DNA of 64,000 bases. Origin: Patescibacteria group bacterium (GTDB lineage Bacteria; Patescibacteriota; Patescibacteriia; JAHJFT01). Both the position numbers and the translations under genes were made by a program. This document shows positions 10,181 to 21,465 of this stretch, piece by piece. Within the stretch, counting starts at the first letter, position 1, and every line of letters begins with the position of its first letter. Below the pieces are notes generated by a model that did not search any database, was not told the DNA's origin, and saw nothing but the letters and a program-made list of their open reading frames with translations. The DNA lies in assembly GCA_028710985.1 (NCBI GenBank), contig JAQTTB010000001.1:523014-587013 (forward strand). Direction: 5' to 3'.

Positions 10181-11096
10181 TAAACTCGTTGCCGTGGTTG
10201 GCCCGACGGCCGGCGGCAAGACGACCTGGAGCCTTGAATTAGCCAAAAAATTCAACGGCGAGATTGTTAATGCTGACTCGCGGCAGATTTACCGTTGGAT
10301 GGACGTCGGCACGGCCAAGGAGCCGGGCCGCTGGCGCCGGGTCGGCGGGCGGCGCTTTTATGAGGTTCAGGGCGTGCCGCATTATCTGATTGATTTTCTT
10401 GAACCGAACCGCGACTTTAGCGTCGCCGAATTCCAGCGCCGCGCCATCCGCCGCATCCGCGAAATCCAGTCGCGCGGCAAACTCCCGATTTTGGTTGGCG
10501 GTACCGGTCTCTACATTAAAGCGGTAATTGACAACATGAAGATTCCCAAGGTTAAAGCGAACCAGAATCTGCGCAAAAGCCTTGAGACCAAAAGCAATGA
10601 AGAGCTTTGGAGCCTTCTCGGTCGCATGGATCCCGGCGCCCTTAAGGTGGTTGATCCACAGAACAAACGCCGCATCATCCGCGCGCTTGAAGTCTGCATT
10701 TTGACGGGCAAGCCCTTTTCCGAACAGCGGGCCATGGGTAATCCGATTTTTGATGCATTGCAAATCGGCGTGCGCGTTCCGCGGCCGCTGCTTTACGAAA
10801 GAATTGACCGGAGAGTTGACCGGATGGTTAGAGAAGGCCTGGTTCAGGAAATTCAAAACTTGCTCTCCCGCAATTTTAAATGGGGGGACCCCGGGCTTTC
10901 GGGTATCGGCTACCGGCAGATGGGATGCTACTTGCGGGGCGAATGCGAGCTCAGGGATGCGATCGGATTTCTGAAAAAAGATACCCGTCGATATTCAAAG
11001 CGTCAGGAGACCTGGTTCAAGCGCGATTCGCGCGTGAACTGGCTGGATAATTATAATCAGGCCAAAAAATTAGTCCAGGAATTTTTACAAAAATAA
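10164..11096 (+). CDS. miaA: tRNA dimethylallyltransferase
   Basis: P-loop AVVGPTAGGKT and the DSRQIYRWMDVGTAKE motif. Start moved to the ATG giving MIKKSNKLVAVVGP (the ORF track started at an upstream alternative codon). Overlaps the miaB stop. Confidence 0.9.
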   Translation: MIKKSNKLVAVVGPTAGGKTTWSLELAKKFNGEIVNADSRQIYRWMDVGTAKEPGRWRRVGGRRFYEVQGVPHYLIDFLEPNRDFSVAEFQRRAIRRIREIQSRGKLPILVGGTGLYIKAVIDNMKIPKVKANQNLRKSLETKSNEELWSLLGRMDPGALKVVDPQNKRRIIRALEVCILTGKPFSEQRAMGNPIFDALQIGVRVPRPLLYERIDRRVDRMVREGLVQEIQNLLSRNFKWGDPGLSGIGYRQMGCYLRGECELRDAIGFLKKDTRRYSKRQETWFKRDSRVNWLDNYNQAKKLVQEFLQK

Positions 11097-11100
11097 AAAT

Positions 11101-11155
11101 ATCGCCCGGTACGGGCGATATTTTTTTGTAGAGGTCGCATATATGTGACCTCTAC
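11101..11155. terminator. bidirectional double-hairpin terminator between miaA and gatB
   Basis: ATCGCCCGGTACGGGCGAT plus T-run, then GTAGAGGTCGCATATATGTGACCTCTAC (GCATATATGC-loop family). Confidence 0.6.
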
Positions 11156-11156
11156 A

Positions 11157-12665
11157 TTATTTTTGTAAAAATTTTTCAAGCAGAACCTTCGTGATATTCG
11201 GATCCGCGGTTCCTTCGGATTTTATCATCACCTGGCCGACAAAAAATTGGATGAGCGCGGTTTTTCCGGCGCGGTAGGCCTCGGCCTTGTCCGGATTATC
11301 TTCAACTACCTGGCGGACGATTTGTTCAATTTCCGCTACGTCGCTCATCTGCCCGAGTTCGCGGTCCTCCATAATCTGGCTCGGATCCTGGCCGGTTTCA
11401 AGCATGGCTGCAAGAATTTTTTGCCCGGCGGCGCTGCCGACCTTATTCGCGTAAATTAGGCTCACGAATTCGGCGAAATTTTCCGGCGTGATTTTCAGAT
11501 TCTTGATGTCAATATTTTTATCCGCCATGGCGCCCGCGAGCTTGGAGCAGAGCCATCCGCCGACAAGTTTCGCGAGTTTATTCTTGTTCTTTTCGTAAAT
11601 TTCTTCGGACGTGCCGTCCAGGTCCGGAACCGACGCCAGCCATTCCTTGAGTTCGCTCACGGTGTTTTCCGCGTATTCGGCCCAGTCGAGGTCGCTCGTA
11701 AGAAACCGCGCGTTCTCGCCCGAAAATCCGTATTCATCCATGAATCTTTTTCTCTTGGCGGCCGGAAGCTCCGGCAGGGCGGATTTTGCGCGGGTAATCA
11801 TGTCGCCCAAATCAAGCGGGGGAATATCCGGTTCGGGAAAATAGCGGTAATCTTGCTCGGCTTCCTTGACGCGTTGTTCCACGGTTTCGCCCGCATCTTC
11901 GTCCCAGCCGCGGGTTGACTGCTGGCTCGGCGGCTTCCCCTGTCCCCAGAGTTTTTCCTGGCGCATGATTTCATATTCCAGTGCGCGTTCAACGGCCTTG
12001 AATGAATTCAGGTTTTTGATTTCGGTTTTCGGAAACAGAGTCTGCGTATCGGCCGGCCGCAAGCTTACATTGGCGTCGCAGCGCAGCTCGCCGCGCTCCA
12101 TGTCGGCGTTGGAAACTCCGAGATAGCGCATAATTGTGCGCAGCTCTTGCAAAAAAATTTTGGCTTCAAACGGAGTCGCGATGTCCGGCGCGGTCACGAT
12201 TTCAATGAGCGGGGTGCCGCCGCGGTTGTAATCAACCAGCGTGGCGTCTTTTTCATCGTGAAAAGATTTAGCCGCGTCTTCTTCAAGATGCACCCGGATG
12301 ATATTTATGCGGGCATAGTTGCGCGGTCCCTTCGGAATTTCGATTTCAAGATAGCCGTCCTTGGCGATCGGCATGTCGTATTGCGATATCTGGTAGCCTT
12401 TCGGCAGATCCGGATAGAAATAATTCTTGCGGTCGAATTTTGAACGTTCCTGGATCGTGCAGCCCAGGGCCGCCGCGGCGCGAATGCCGAATTCAATGGC
12501 CGTGGAATTCACCACCGGCAAAGCGCCCGGCTGGCCGGTGCAAACCGAACAGACCGCCGTATTAGCCGGAGTGCCGTCCGGCACATTGGCGCACGGACAG
12601 AACATCTTGGTTTTAGTCTTGAGCTGAACGTGTATTTCCAGCCCGATGACTGGCTGATATTGCAT
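11157..12665 (-). CDS. gatB: Asp/Glu-tRNA amidotransferase subunit B
   Basis: Canonical MQYQPVIGLEIHVQL N-terminus; GatB/YqeY C-terminal domain. Confidence 0.95.
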   Translation of the reverse strand: MQYQPVIGLEIHVQLKTKTKMFCPCANVPDGTPANTAVCSVCTGQPGALPVVNSTAIEFGIRAAAALGCTIQERSKFDRKNYFYPDLPKGYQISQYDMPIAKDGYLEIEIPKGPRNYARINIIRVHLEEDAAKSFHDEKDATLVDYNRGGTPLIEIVTAPDIATPFEAKIFLQELRTIMRYLGVSNADMERGELRCDANVSLRPADTQTLFPKTEIKNLNSFKAVERALEYEIMRQEKLWGQGKPPSQQSTRGWDEDAGETVEQRVKEAEQDYRYFPEPDIPPLDLGDMITRAKSALPELPAAKRKRFMDEYGFSGENARFLTSDLDWAEYAENTVSELKEWLASVPDLDGTSEEIYEKNKNKLAKLVGGWLCSKLAGAMADKNIDIKNLKITPENFAEFVSLIYANKVGSAAGQKILAAMLETGQDPSQIMEDRELGQMSDVAEIEQIVRQVVEDNPDKAEAYRAGKTALIQFFVGQVMIKSEGTADPNITKVLLEKFLQK

Positions 12666-12703
12666 AAATCTTAATTCAGTTGATTCTGGTCCATTCGGCA
12701 GGC

Positions 12704-13435
12704 TCAGGGCATGCTTTTGAATTTCTTTAGTTCGATGTATAGAATAACGGAAATCGCGCCGGCGAGCGGCATTGCCGCCACATTAACTATTTGCGATATG
12801 AGATTACTGAGCCACGGTAGATACTGTCCCGAAGCAAATGCCTCCCATTGGCCGGTCGCCAGACCGACGAGCAGAAACAGGATCGCCGTCACGATGTAGA
12901 ATATAATCCCGTACACAAAGTAGCACGCCACGAGTCTCCAGAGCACGGCCCACCACTTGCCGGTGACGAGCTGTTTACTCTGTTTTAGAGCCGCGGTGCC
13001 GCGTGTTCCTTCCAGAACATTTATCACCGAACTGAAGGTGAACCAAACTGCAAAAATAATACCAGGAATAAGGAAGAGTAGTGTTCCGCCGAAAACCGCG
13101 AATCCGGTGAGGATTGAAACCCAAAGCAGGGGAATGATTTTTGTCCAAGCATTCTGGCTTATTGCCTTTACGTCATACTGCTCGCCGTCGTAAATTTTCG
13201 CGATTATCGCGGTCATGGTTGCAAAAACCCAGAGGCCGACAATCATCGTGCCAATTCCTGCCACGATTGCGAGAAGCATGCTCAAGATCCAGAGCTCCTG
13301 GGGGATAAGTACCACGAGAATCATCGCCACTGCCGGGATTAGGGACCAGACTGCGATTAGAATGAGCGTCTTAAAATTCGCAAAATATATGGACCAGCTT
13401 TTTTTTATAAGTTCGCCCGCGCCAATAAAGTTCAT
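12704..13435 (-). CDS. hypothetical polytopic membrane protein
   Basis: 243 aa with about six hydrophobic helices. No assignable family. Confidence 0.5.
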   Translation of the reverse strand: MNFIGAGELIKKSWSIYFANFKTLILIAVWSLIPAVAMILVVLIPQELWILSMLLAIVAGIGTMIVGLWVFATMTAIIAKIYDGEQYDVKAISQNAWTKIIPLLWVSILTGFAVFGGTLLFLIPGIIFAVWFTFSSVINVLEGTRGTAALKQSKQLVTGKWWAVLWRLVACYFVYGIIFYIVTAILFLLVGLATGQWEAFASGQYLPWLSNLISQIVNVAAMPLAGAISVILYIELKKFKSMP

Positions 13436-13454
13436 AGATTTTGTTATTAAATTA

Positions 13455-14042
13455 TTAATTTATTAAATTATTGATAAGGCGCCAAACTTGTTCATGTATT
13501 TCGTCAATTGAACCGTTGGCGTTGATTTTTTTCCAGCCGTACTCTTCGCCGAGCTCAATATGAATCTGCCGGACCCGCTCCGTGAATTCATCGTCGGATT
13601 CATGCCGATGCTCTTTTTCAACACCCTGTATAAATCGTTCTCCGTTAAAGAGAATTCCCAGGTCTTCGCGCAGGAGATGGGAGTTCAGCCTTTGTAAAAA
13701 AGCCTTATCAACCCCCGCGCCGGCGCCCCAGGCGATACCGGTGCCGATATAGTCTTCAGCCACGATAATTATACCATCTTTGAGTTTCTGGCGCAGAACC
13801 GGTTCGTATTGCGTGCGGTTCAGCACTTGGATAATCTGGAACTCCCGCGACGTCAGCTCGTGCGGATTTCCGTTCCGCAGATAGTTATTCAAAATTCCGC
13901 CTGAGGGTTCAAGGTCGTAAATCGCGTACTTTAAATACTCGGCCGGTCGGCCCTCGGCGTTGAGCCGCTCCACCAGCTTCTTGGCCTGCAGAGTCTTTCC
14001 AAGATTATTGATGCCGTAGAAAACTATGAATTTGCCGGTCAT
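13455..14042 (-). CDS. tmk: thymidylate kinase-like P-loop kinase
   Basis: FIVFYGINNLGKT P-loop resembling the Tmk FIVFEGxDGxGK. Located at the end of a dTMP-synthesis operon. Confidence 0.55.
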   Translation of the reverse strand: MTGKFIVFYGINNLGKTLQAKKLVERLNAEGRPAEYLKYAIYDLEPSGGILNNYLRNGNPHELTSREFQIIQVLNRTQYEPVLRQKLKDGIIIVAEDYIGTGIAWGAGAGVDKAFLQRLNSHLLREDLGILFNGERFIQGVEKEHRHESDDEFTERVRQIHIELGEEYGWKKINANGSIDEIHEQVWRLINNLIN

Positions 14043-14047
14043 ATTAA

Positions 14048-14557
14048 TTATTTGATTACGGAATATCTCAATTGGATTGCGTTATCATCCAGTTTTTTAA
14101 TTTCCAAAAGCTTCAAGTTTATATCAACGTCCGCGCCGCGAAAAAGCGGCAGTCCCTCGCCGAAGATTTTCGGTTCAATCGTGAGCCAGATCTCGTCAAT
14201 CAGCCCGCTTTTCAAAAAAAGCCCGTTAATGGTCGCACCGCCGCCGATAATGGCGTTTGAAAATCCGCGCTTCTCGAGATCGGTGAGCAGCTCACGCGGT
14301 TCCCGATTGGTAAATTCAAGCGAGTCTGGAATATTTTTCGTGGCGTCGGGTTCGGGATTCATTACCACGTTCAGCCGGCCGGGGAGCGGCCGTCCGATGG
14401 TATCATAAGTCGTCTGCCCCATGATGATGACGCCGGCTTTTTTCGTTTCTTCAACAAAAATCTTTTTGTCCGCTTTGCTCGTCCAGGTCGCGGCATGGGC
14501 CGCGTGCTTGGCGATCTTGCCGTCAAGCGTAATCGCCATGAGGAGTATTGTTTTCAT
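14048..14557 (-). CDS. dihydrofolate reductase-like protein (RibD C-terminal/DHFR family)
   Basis: MKTILLMAITLDGKIA...IMGQTTYDTIG...IGGGATING motifs. Start trimmed to the internal ATG abutting the thyA stop. Confidence 0.65.
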   Translation of the reverse strand: MKTILLMAITLDGKIAKHAAHAATWTSKADKKIFVEETKKAGVIIMGQTTYDTIGRPLPGRLNVVMNPEPDATKNIPDSLEFTNREPRELLTDLEKRGFSNAIIGGGATINGLFLKSGLIDEIWLTIEPKIFGEGLPLFRGADVDINLKLLEIKKLDDNAIQLRYSVIK

Positions 14558-14561
14558 AAAT

Positions 14562-15434
14562 TCAGACCGCAATTTCAAATTTAATCGCCGGAAAGCTCTG
14601 ATAGTCCGCGAGTTTTGTATCGTCGTATTTCCAGTCAAAGATTGACGTGAAATTATCCGTTGCAATCCGCGGCAAGGGATACTGATTCGGATCGCGGCTG
14701 ATTTGTTCTTTTGCCCCATCCAGGTGGTTTACGTAGATGTGCGTGTCCGCCAAAAATCCCACCAGTTTTCCCTCGGCAAGTCCGGCCTCTTTGGCGAGAA
14801 GGTGCAGGAGCAGGGCATAGCTCGTGATATTAAAGGGCAGGCCGAGCATGGTGTCCACGGACCGCTGATTCCAAAGAAGATTCAGTTTATTATTGATGAC
14901 CGTCACCTGAAAAGAATAATGGCACGGCGGCAGAGCCATCTCGGCGATTTTTGACGGATTCCACGCGGAGACGATCATGCGCCGGTCATTGGGATTTTTT
15001 TTAAGCGTCTCTACGACCTGCTTGAGCTGATCCACTCCCTGGCCGGCATGGTCTTTGTCAAAACCGGCATAGTCGGCGTTAAAATGCCGCCACTGAAAGC
15101 CGTAAATCGGCCCGAGGTCGCGTTCGGCCGCCATCCGCGCCTTGGTTTCCGCGCCATGACCGTATGGCACCTTGGCGGGCGATGCCCATTCGTCCCAGAT
15201 ATGGTTATTGCGCTCCTGCAGCCATTGTTTGTCGGTCAGCCCCTTGATGAAAAATTCCAATTCGCTCGCAATGCACTTGAAGGGCATTTTTTTGGTAGTG
15301 AGCAGGGGAAAGCCCTTGCTCATATCATGTTCAAACATGGCGCCGGCAATGGCAATGGTATCCACGCCGGTGCGATTGGCTTTTCGTTCACCCTGATCAA
15401 GGATTTTTTTTACGATATCAATGTAGGCTTTCAT
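14562..15434 (-). CDS. thyA: thymidylate synthase
   Basis: Full-length ThyA signature (RTGVDT, LPPCH, FNITSYALL). Confidence 0.95.
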   Translation of the reverse strand: MKAYIDIVKKILDQGERKANRTGVDTIAIAGAMFEHDMSKGFPLLTTKKMPFKCIASELEFFIKGLTDKQWLQERNNHIWDEWASPAKVPYGHGAETKARMAAERDLGPIYGFQWRHFNADYAGFDKDHAGQGVDQLKQVVETLKKNPNDRRMIVSAWNPSKIAEMALPPCHYSFQVTVINNKLNLLWNQRSVDTMLGLPFNITSYALLLHLLAKEAGLAEGKLVGFLADTHIYVNHLDGAKEQISRDPNQYPLPRIATDNFTSIFDWKYDDTKLADYQSFPAIKFEIAV

Positions 15435-15461
15435 ATTTTTCTACAAGCTACAAGCTAATTC

Positions 15462-15908
15462 CTACAAGCTGGTTTTATACCCGCCGGTCGACCCGAAACC
15501 GCCGCGGTTTGCGTTGTTCATTTCGTCGGTTTCCTCGAGCTCGGCCTTCTCGATTTTTACAAGCAGGCCCTGGGCGAGTCTTTCGCCGCGTTCAATTTTG
15601 GCGGTTTGGTTTTTAAAATTATAGAGCAGAACTTTGACCTCGTCTTCGGGTCCCCAATAGTCCTGGTCGAACACGCCGACCGAATTCGGGAGCATCAGGC
15701 CCTTTTTGCCGGGAAGGCTGGAACGGGCGATTATCAAAAATGCATAACCTTCGGGAACCCGGATTATCAGGTTCGCCGGCACCGGCACGATTTCACCCGG
15801 CGCGATTTCCGTATCAACTCGCGCGCATAAATCAAAAGCTACCGCGCCAGCGGTTTGATACTGGGGTAGCGGTAGCTCTTTATCAATTCTTTTTATTTTA
15901 ACTTTCAT
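15462..15908 (-). CDS. dut: dUTP diphosphatase
   Basis: dUTPase motifs (AGAVAFDL, GLMLPNSVGVFDQDY, RGGFGSTG). Start set at MKVKIKRI. Confidence 0.9.
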   Translation of the reverse strand: MKVKIKRIDKELPLPQYQTAGAVAFDLCARVDTEIAPGEIVPVPANLIIRVPEGYAFLIIARSSLPGKKGLMLPNSVGVFDQDYWGPEDEVKVLLYNFKNQTAKIERGERLAQGLLVKIEKAELEETDEMNNANRGGFGSTGGYKTSL

Positions 15909-16488
15909 TGATTTGGGAAATAATTTTTCGCGCGGCCGCGATGAGTTCTTCCATAGTGCTCTCATTTATGATTGTCCAGTCGGCCATGGCGATCGGCCCG
16001 CCCTTATCCAGATTCTCAATTTCCGCGTAGTCGCGCGACTCAGCGTCGTCGCGGGAGAATGACCGGAAAATCATTTTCGGATCCTCGCCGTGATGAGCGG
16101 CGCGGTTTTCAAGCCGCGCGTATCTTGTCTCCGGAGAAGCGTAAATGGCGATTACCTTGAGCGCTTCGCCGTATTTATTTTTAAACTCTTTGTATTCGGA
16201 CCACGAGTACAGGCCGTCCACGATGACATTGGCCTCCCGAAGAGCTTCATCAATCTTCGGAAAGTTCAAAACCGCGAATGCGGCCATGCCGTGCTTGGCG
16301 CGGAGTTCTTCGCGGATCGGGCGTTCGTTTTGCTCGCTCGGCTCCAGGCCGCGGCGCTTCACTTCGTCCAGTGTAATCTGTCCGAGCCGGACATACGCCC
16401 AGTTTTGTTTTTTAAATTCATCGGCAACCGCGGTTTTGCCCGCGCCGCACATGCCGACAAGTGCGATTATTTTTTTTGTCATATTCAT
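15898..16488 (-). CDS. P-loop nucleotide/nucleoside kinase (dephospho-CoA-kinase-like fold), unassigned specificity
   Basis: Walker A GMCGAGKT. Sits between dCMP deaminase and dut, which suggests a dNMP kinase role. Confidence 0.55.
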   Translation of the reverse strand: MNMTKKIIALVGMCGAGKTAVADEFKKQNWAYVRLGQITLDEVKRRGLEPSEQNERPIREELRAKHGMAAFAVLNFPKIDEALREANVIVDGLYSWSEYKEFKNKYGEALKVIAIYASPETRYARLENRAAHHGEDPKMIFRSFSRDDAESRDYAEIENLDKGGPIAMADWTIINESTMEELIAAARKIISQINES

Positions 16489-17033
16489 TCCGTGCGCAAT
16501 TGAACGCCGCCCTCTTTGGGATCCATGGTTTCTATCTCTTTCTGGTAAAGGCTTGCCAAAAAATTATTCACCTCTTTTTTCTCTTCATATATATCAACCT
16601 GAAGACCGGCGTCTTTAAGATATTGGATCGCCTGTTCGGCGCGGTAAATTTTCCCCAGAACAACGCGGCTGACGTGGCAGGCGACAATATATTTGCAGCA
16701 ATGCATGCAGGGGCTGTAGGTCGTATAGAGCGTCGTCCCCTCGGTGCTCGCGCCGGGAACAAGGGCGGCCTGAAGCAGGGCATTGTGTTCGCCGTGGATT
16801 GTGCGGATGCAGTGGCCTTCTTCTATGAGATGGCCGTCCGGGCCGTCGCAGTGCGGCAAGCCGGGAGGCGCGCCGTTATAGCCGGTTGAGATAATGCGGT
16901 TATTCTTCACAAGAACGGCGCCGGCGCGCAGCCGGTCGCAGGTGCTCCGGGTCGCGATAATCCGGGCAATTGCCATAAAATAGTCGTCCCATTTGGGCCG
17001 AAAATATTTTTCGTCGTTTTTTTGCTCCTCCAT
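16485..17033 (-). CDS. dCMP deaminase (ComEB-like)
   Basis: Zinc-binding HAEHNAL...PCMHCC deoxycytidylate-deaminase signature. Confidence 0.85.
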   Translation of the reverse strand: MEEQKNDEKYFRPKWDDYFMAIARIIATRSTCDRLRAGAVLVKNNRIISTGYNGAPPGLPHCDGPDGHLIEEGHCIRTIHGEHNALLQAALVPGASTEGTTLYTTYSPCMHCCKYIVACHVSRVVLGKIYRAEQAIQYLKDAGLQVDIYEEKKEVNNFLASLYQKEIETMDPKEGGVQLRTE

Positions 17034-17045
17034 ATTCCGGAAAGT

Positions 17046-17726
17046 TTAAATTTCAAATTTAATGCCCGGGCCCATTGAAGTCGCGATGGTTGCGCTTTTT
17101 ACGTATTCTCCCTTTGAAGAGGGCGGTTTGACGCGCAATACCGCTTCAATGAGAGCGTTCAGGTTTTCAAGAAGCTTGGCCGAATCGAGCGACACCTTGC
17201 CGATGGTCTGATGCACGTTTGCGGTGGCATCGTTTTTGAATGTGATTTTGCCCCTCTTAATTTCTTCAATCATCTTTTTAACATTCGGGCCGACGGTATC
17301 GGTTTTGGGGTTCGGCATCAGGCCCTTGGGGCCGAGAATCTTTGCGATTTTCGCGAGTTTCGGCATCATGTCCGGAGTGGCGACCGCGACGTCAAAATCG
17401 ATCTTTTCGCTTTTTTTGATTTTTTCAATCATATCATCGCCGCCGATAATGTCGGCGCCGGCCGCTTTGGCTTCGGCTTCGCGGTCCGCGGCAACGAACG
17501 CGGCGACGCGGCGCTCCTTGCCGATTGAATGCGGAAAAATAATGGTGGAGCGAATCTGCTGTTCGCCCTTGGCCGGGTCGATGCCCAGCTGGAAGTGGGC
17601 CTCAACAGCAGCGTCGAATTTTACGGTTGAAGTTTTTTTCGCAAGTTCAATCGCCTCCGCTCGCGGATAGACCTTCTTGCGGTCAATTAATTTCTTGGCC
17701 TCCTCGTATCTTTTCGATCTTGGCAT
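17046..17726 (-). CDS. rplA: 50S ribosomal protein L1
   Basis: Start set at MPRSKRYEE. Full L1 fold motifs. Confidence 0.95.
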   Translation of the reverse strand: MPRSKRYEEAKKLIDRKKVYPRAEAIELAKKTSTVKFDAAVEAHFQLGIDPAKGEQQIRSTIIFPHSIGKERRVAAFVAADREAEAKAAGADIIGGDDMIEKIKKSEKIDFDVAVATPDMMPKLAKIAKILGPKGLMPNPKTDTVGPNVKKMIEEIKRGKITFKNDATANVHQTIGKVSLDSAKLLENLNALIEAVLRVKPPSSKGEYVKSATIATSMGPGIKFEI

Positions 17727-17806
17727 ATTGTTTTCTCCGTGGTGCAAGCCCCCGATGCTCACTTGCGTTCGATCGGGGTCCCACAATAAGAATTAGTGAT
17801 TAAAAT

Positions 17807-18232
17807 TTATTCCTGGACCGTTACGCCCATCTGGCGCGCGGTGCCTTCGATAATCTTCATTGCCGCGTCAATATCGTGGGCATTGAGATCCGGCATTTTT
17901 TTCTCGGCGATTTCCTTCACTTGGGCGTGCGTGATTTTCCCGACTTTCTCCTGGAGCGGCTTGCCCGAACCCTTTTCGATTCCGGCCGCCTTTTTAATAA
18001 GTTCCGAAGCCGGCGGGGTCTTGGTGACAAAACTGAAAGTCGCGTCCTGGTAGACGGTAATAATCACGGGCACAACTTCGCCCATTTTGTCCTTGGTCGC
18101 GGCATTGAATTTGCTGCAGAAATCCTGGATATTCAAGCCGTGCTGGCCCAAGGCCGGGCCGACCGGCGGCGCCGGGTTTGCCTGGCCGCCCTTGAGCTGC
18201 AGCTTTATCTGCGTTTTTACTTTTTTTGCCAT
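17807..18232 (-). CDS. rplK: 50S ribosomal protein L11
   Basis: [33 protein letters not shown]-terminus. Confidence 0.95.
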   Translation of the reverse strand: MAKKVKTQIKLQLKGGQANPAPPVGPALGQHGLNIQDFCSKFNAATKDKMGEVVPVIITVYQDATFSFVTKTPPASELIKKAAGIEKGSGKPLQEKVGKITHAQVKEIAEKKMPDLNAHDIDAAMKIIEGTARQMGVTVQE

Positions 18233-18314
18233 ATTAAGATTATTAATTGGATGGCACTTACTAGAAGCTTGCCCTTTGCGCATTGAGCGGTTGGGGCAAT
18301 AAGTGCGGGTTGGT

Positions 18315-18386
18315 CGGTGAATCAGTGAATCAGTGGATCAGGATATTTGTCCCGATTAACCGGTCAACTGATTCACCGATTCACCG
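18315..18386 (-). terminator. hairpin/attenuator between nusG and rplK built from GGTGAATC tandem repeats
   Basis: GGTGAATCAGTGAATCAGTGGATCAG pairs with CTGATTCACCGATTCACCG. Lies immediately after the nusG stop. Confidence 0.45.
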
Positions 18387-18932
18387 TTATATTTTTTTAA
18401 TCTGCAAAAAGTCCAGTTCCACCGGAGTCTCGCGTCCGAACATATTGACCAGCACTTTGATCTTGCCGCGCGCTTCGTCCAGTTCGCTGACTTTTCCTTC
18501 GAATCCCTTGAACGGCCCGTCGACAATCTTGACCGGCGATCCGGCGGAAACATCAATCTTATACTGCGGCTCCTCAACGCCCATTCTTTTCTGTAGCGAT
18601 TTAACTTCGTCCTCGGAAAGGGGAGTCGGAACCGTGCCCGTGCCGATAAATCCGGTGACATTCGGGGTGTTGCGCACCATGTACCAGGAATCGTCCGTCA
18701 CGATCATCTCGACGAGAACATAGCCCGGAAAGATTTTCTCTTCCACGATGCGGCGCTTGCCGTTCTTGATTTTAATTTTTTTCTCTTTCGGAATCAGTAC
18801 GCCGAAGACCTTGTCTTCCATGTCGTACGACTCGATTCTCTTTTTAAGATTATCCATCACATTTTCTTCATATCCCGAATATGTGTGGATCGCATACCAG
18901 CGGCGTCCCCGCTGCAATACTTGCTTTGGCAT
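18387..18932 (-). CDS. nusG: transcription antiterminator NusG
   Basis: NGN domain (WYAIHTYSGYE) and KOW domain (VDGPFKGFEGKV). Confidence 0.95.
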   Translation of the reverse strand: MPKQVLQRGRRWYAIHTYSGYEENVMDNLKKRIESYDMEDKVFGVLIPKEKKIKIKNGKRRIVEEKIFPGYVLVEMIVTDDSWYMVRNTPNVTGFIGTGTVPTPLSEDEVKSLQKRMGVEEPQYKIDVSAGSPVKIVDGPFKGFEGKVSELDEARGKIKVLVNMFGRETPVELDFLQIKKI

Positions 18933-18972
18933 ATGATAATATTCCTCCTAAGTTAAAAGAGCGATTTTTTAT

Positions 18973-19167
18973 TTAGCGGACGACCTGTTCCAACCCGAGG
19001 GTCAAAACATAATCGCATGCTCCTAAAAACACGGCAATTGCCAGGCTGATGCCGATCACGAGCATTGAATAGTGCGTAATTTCGGCACGGGTCGGCCAGG
19101 CGACTTTTTTTAGCTCGGCTTTTGAGGAGATGATGTACTCCACGATTTTATTTTCTTTCCAAGACAT
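18973..19167 (-). CDS. secE: preprotein translocase subunit SecE
   Basis: 64 aa with a single TM helix, upstream of nusG in the conserved secE-nusG-rplKA order. Confidence 0.85.
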   Translation of the reverse strand: MSWKENKIVEYIISSKAELKKVAWPTRAEITHYSMLVIGISLAIAVFLGACDYVLTLGLEQVVR

Positions 19168-19237
19168 ATTTTTATCTTTAAAAAGCCCTGTTCGGGCTTA
19201 CGCTCACAATCATACAATATATATACAAATTTGGCAA

Positions 19238-19273
19238 GGTTTAAACGTAGTGACAAGTCGCGACTTGTCACTA
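19238..19273. terminator. perfect 36-nt palindrome between gyrB and secE
   Basis: AAACGTAGTGACAAGTCGCGACTTGTCACTACGTTT. Confidence 0.5.
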
Positions 19274-19288
19274 CGTTTGATTTTGCGA

Positions 19289-21364
<2,076 letters not shown>

Positions 21365-21465
21365 TTAACTTAATTTATGCCAATATTTTATCATTTTTTA
21401 TAGCAATTAGCAAGGTAAAATATCCGCTTGGAACAAGGCGAAAATTCTGATATAATTGACGCATT

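Noticed and set aside
17727-17806. Possible L1 autoregulatory mRNA site in the rplK-rplA spacer (hairpin CCCCGATCGAACGCAAGTGAGCATCGGGG)
   Set aside because: The hairpin is present, but the 23S-mimic consensus cannot be verified by eye. It is not called as a feature and is mentioned only as a low-confidence possibility.
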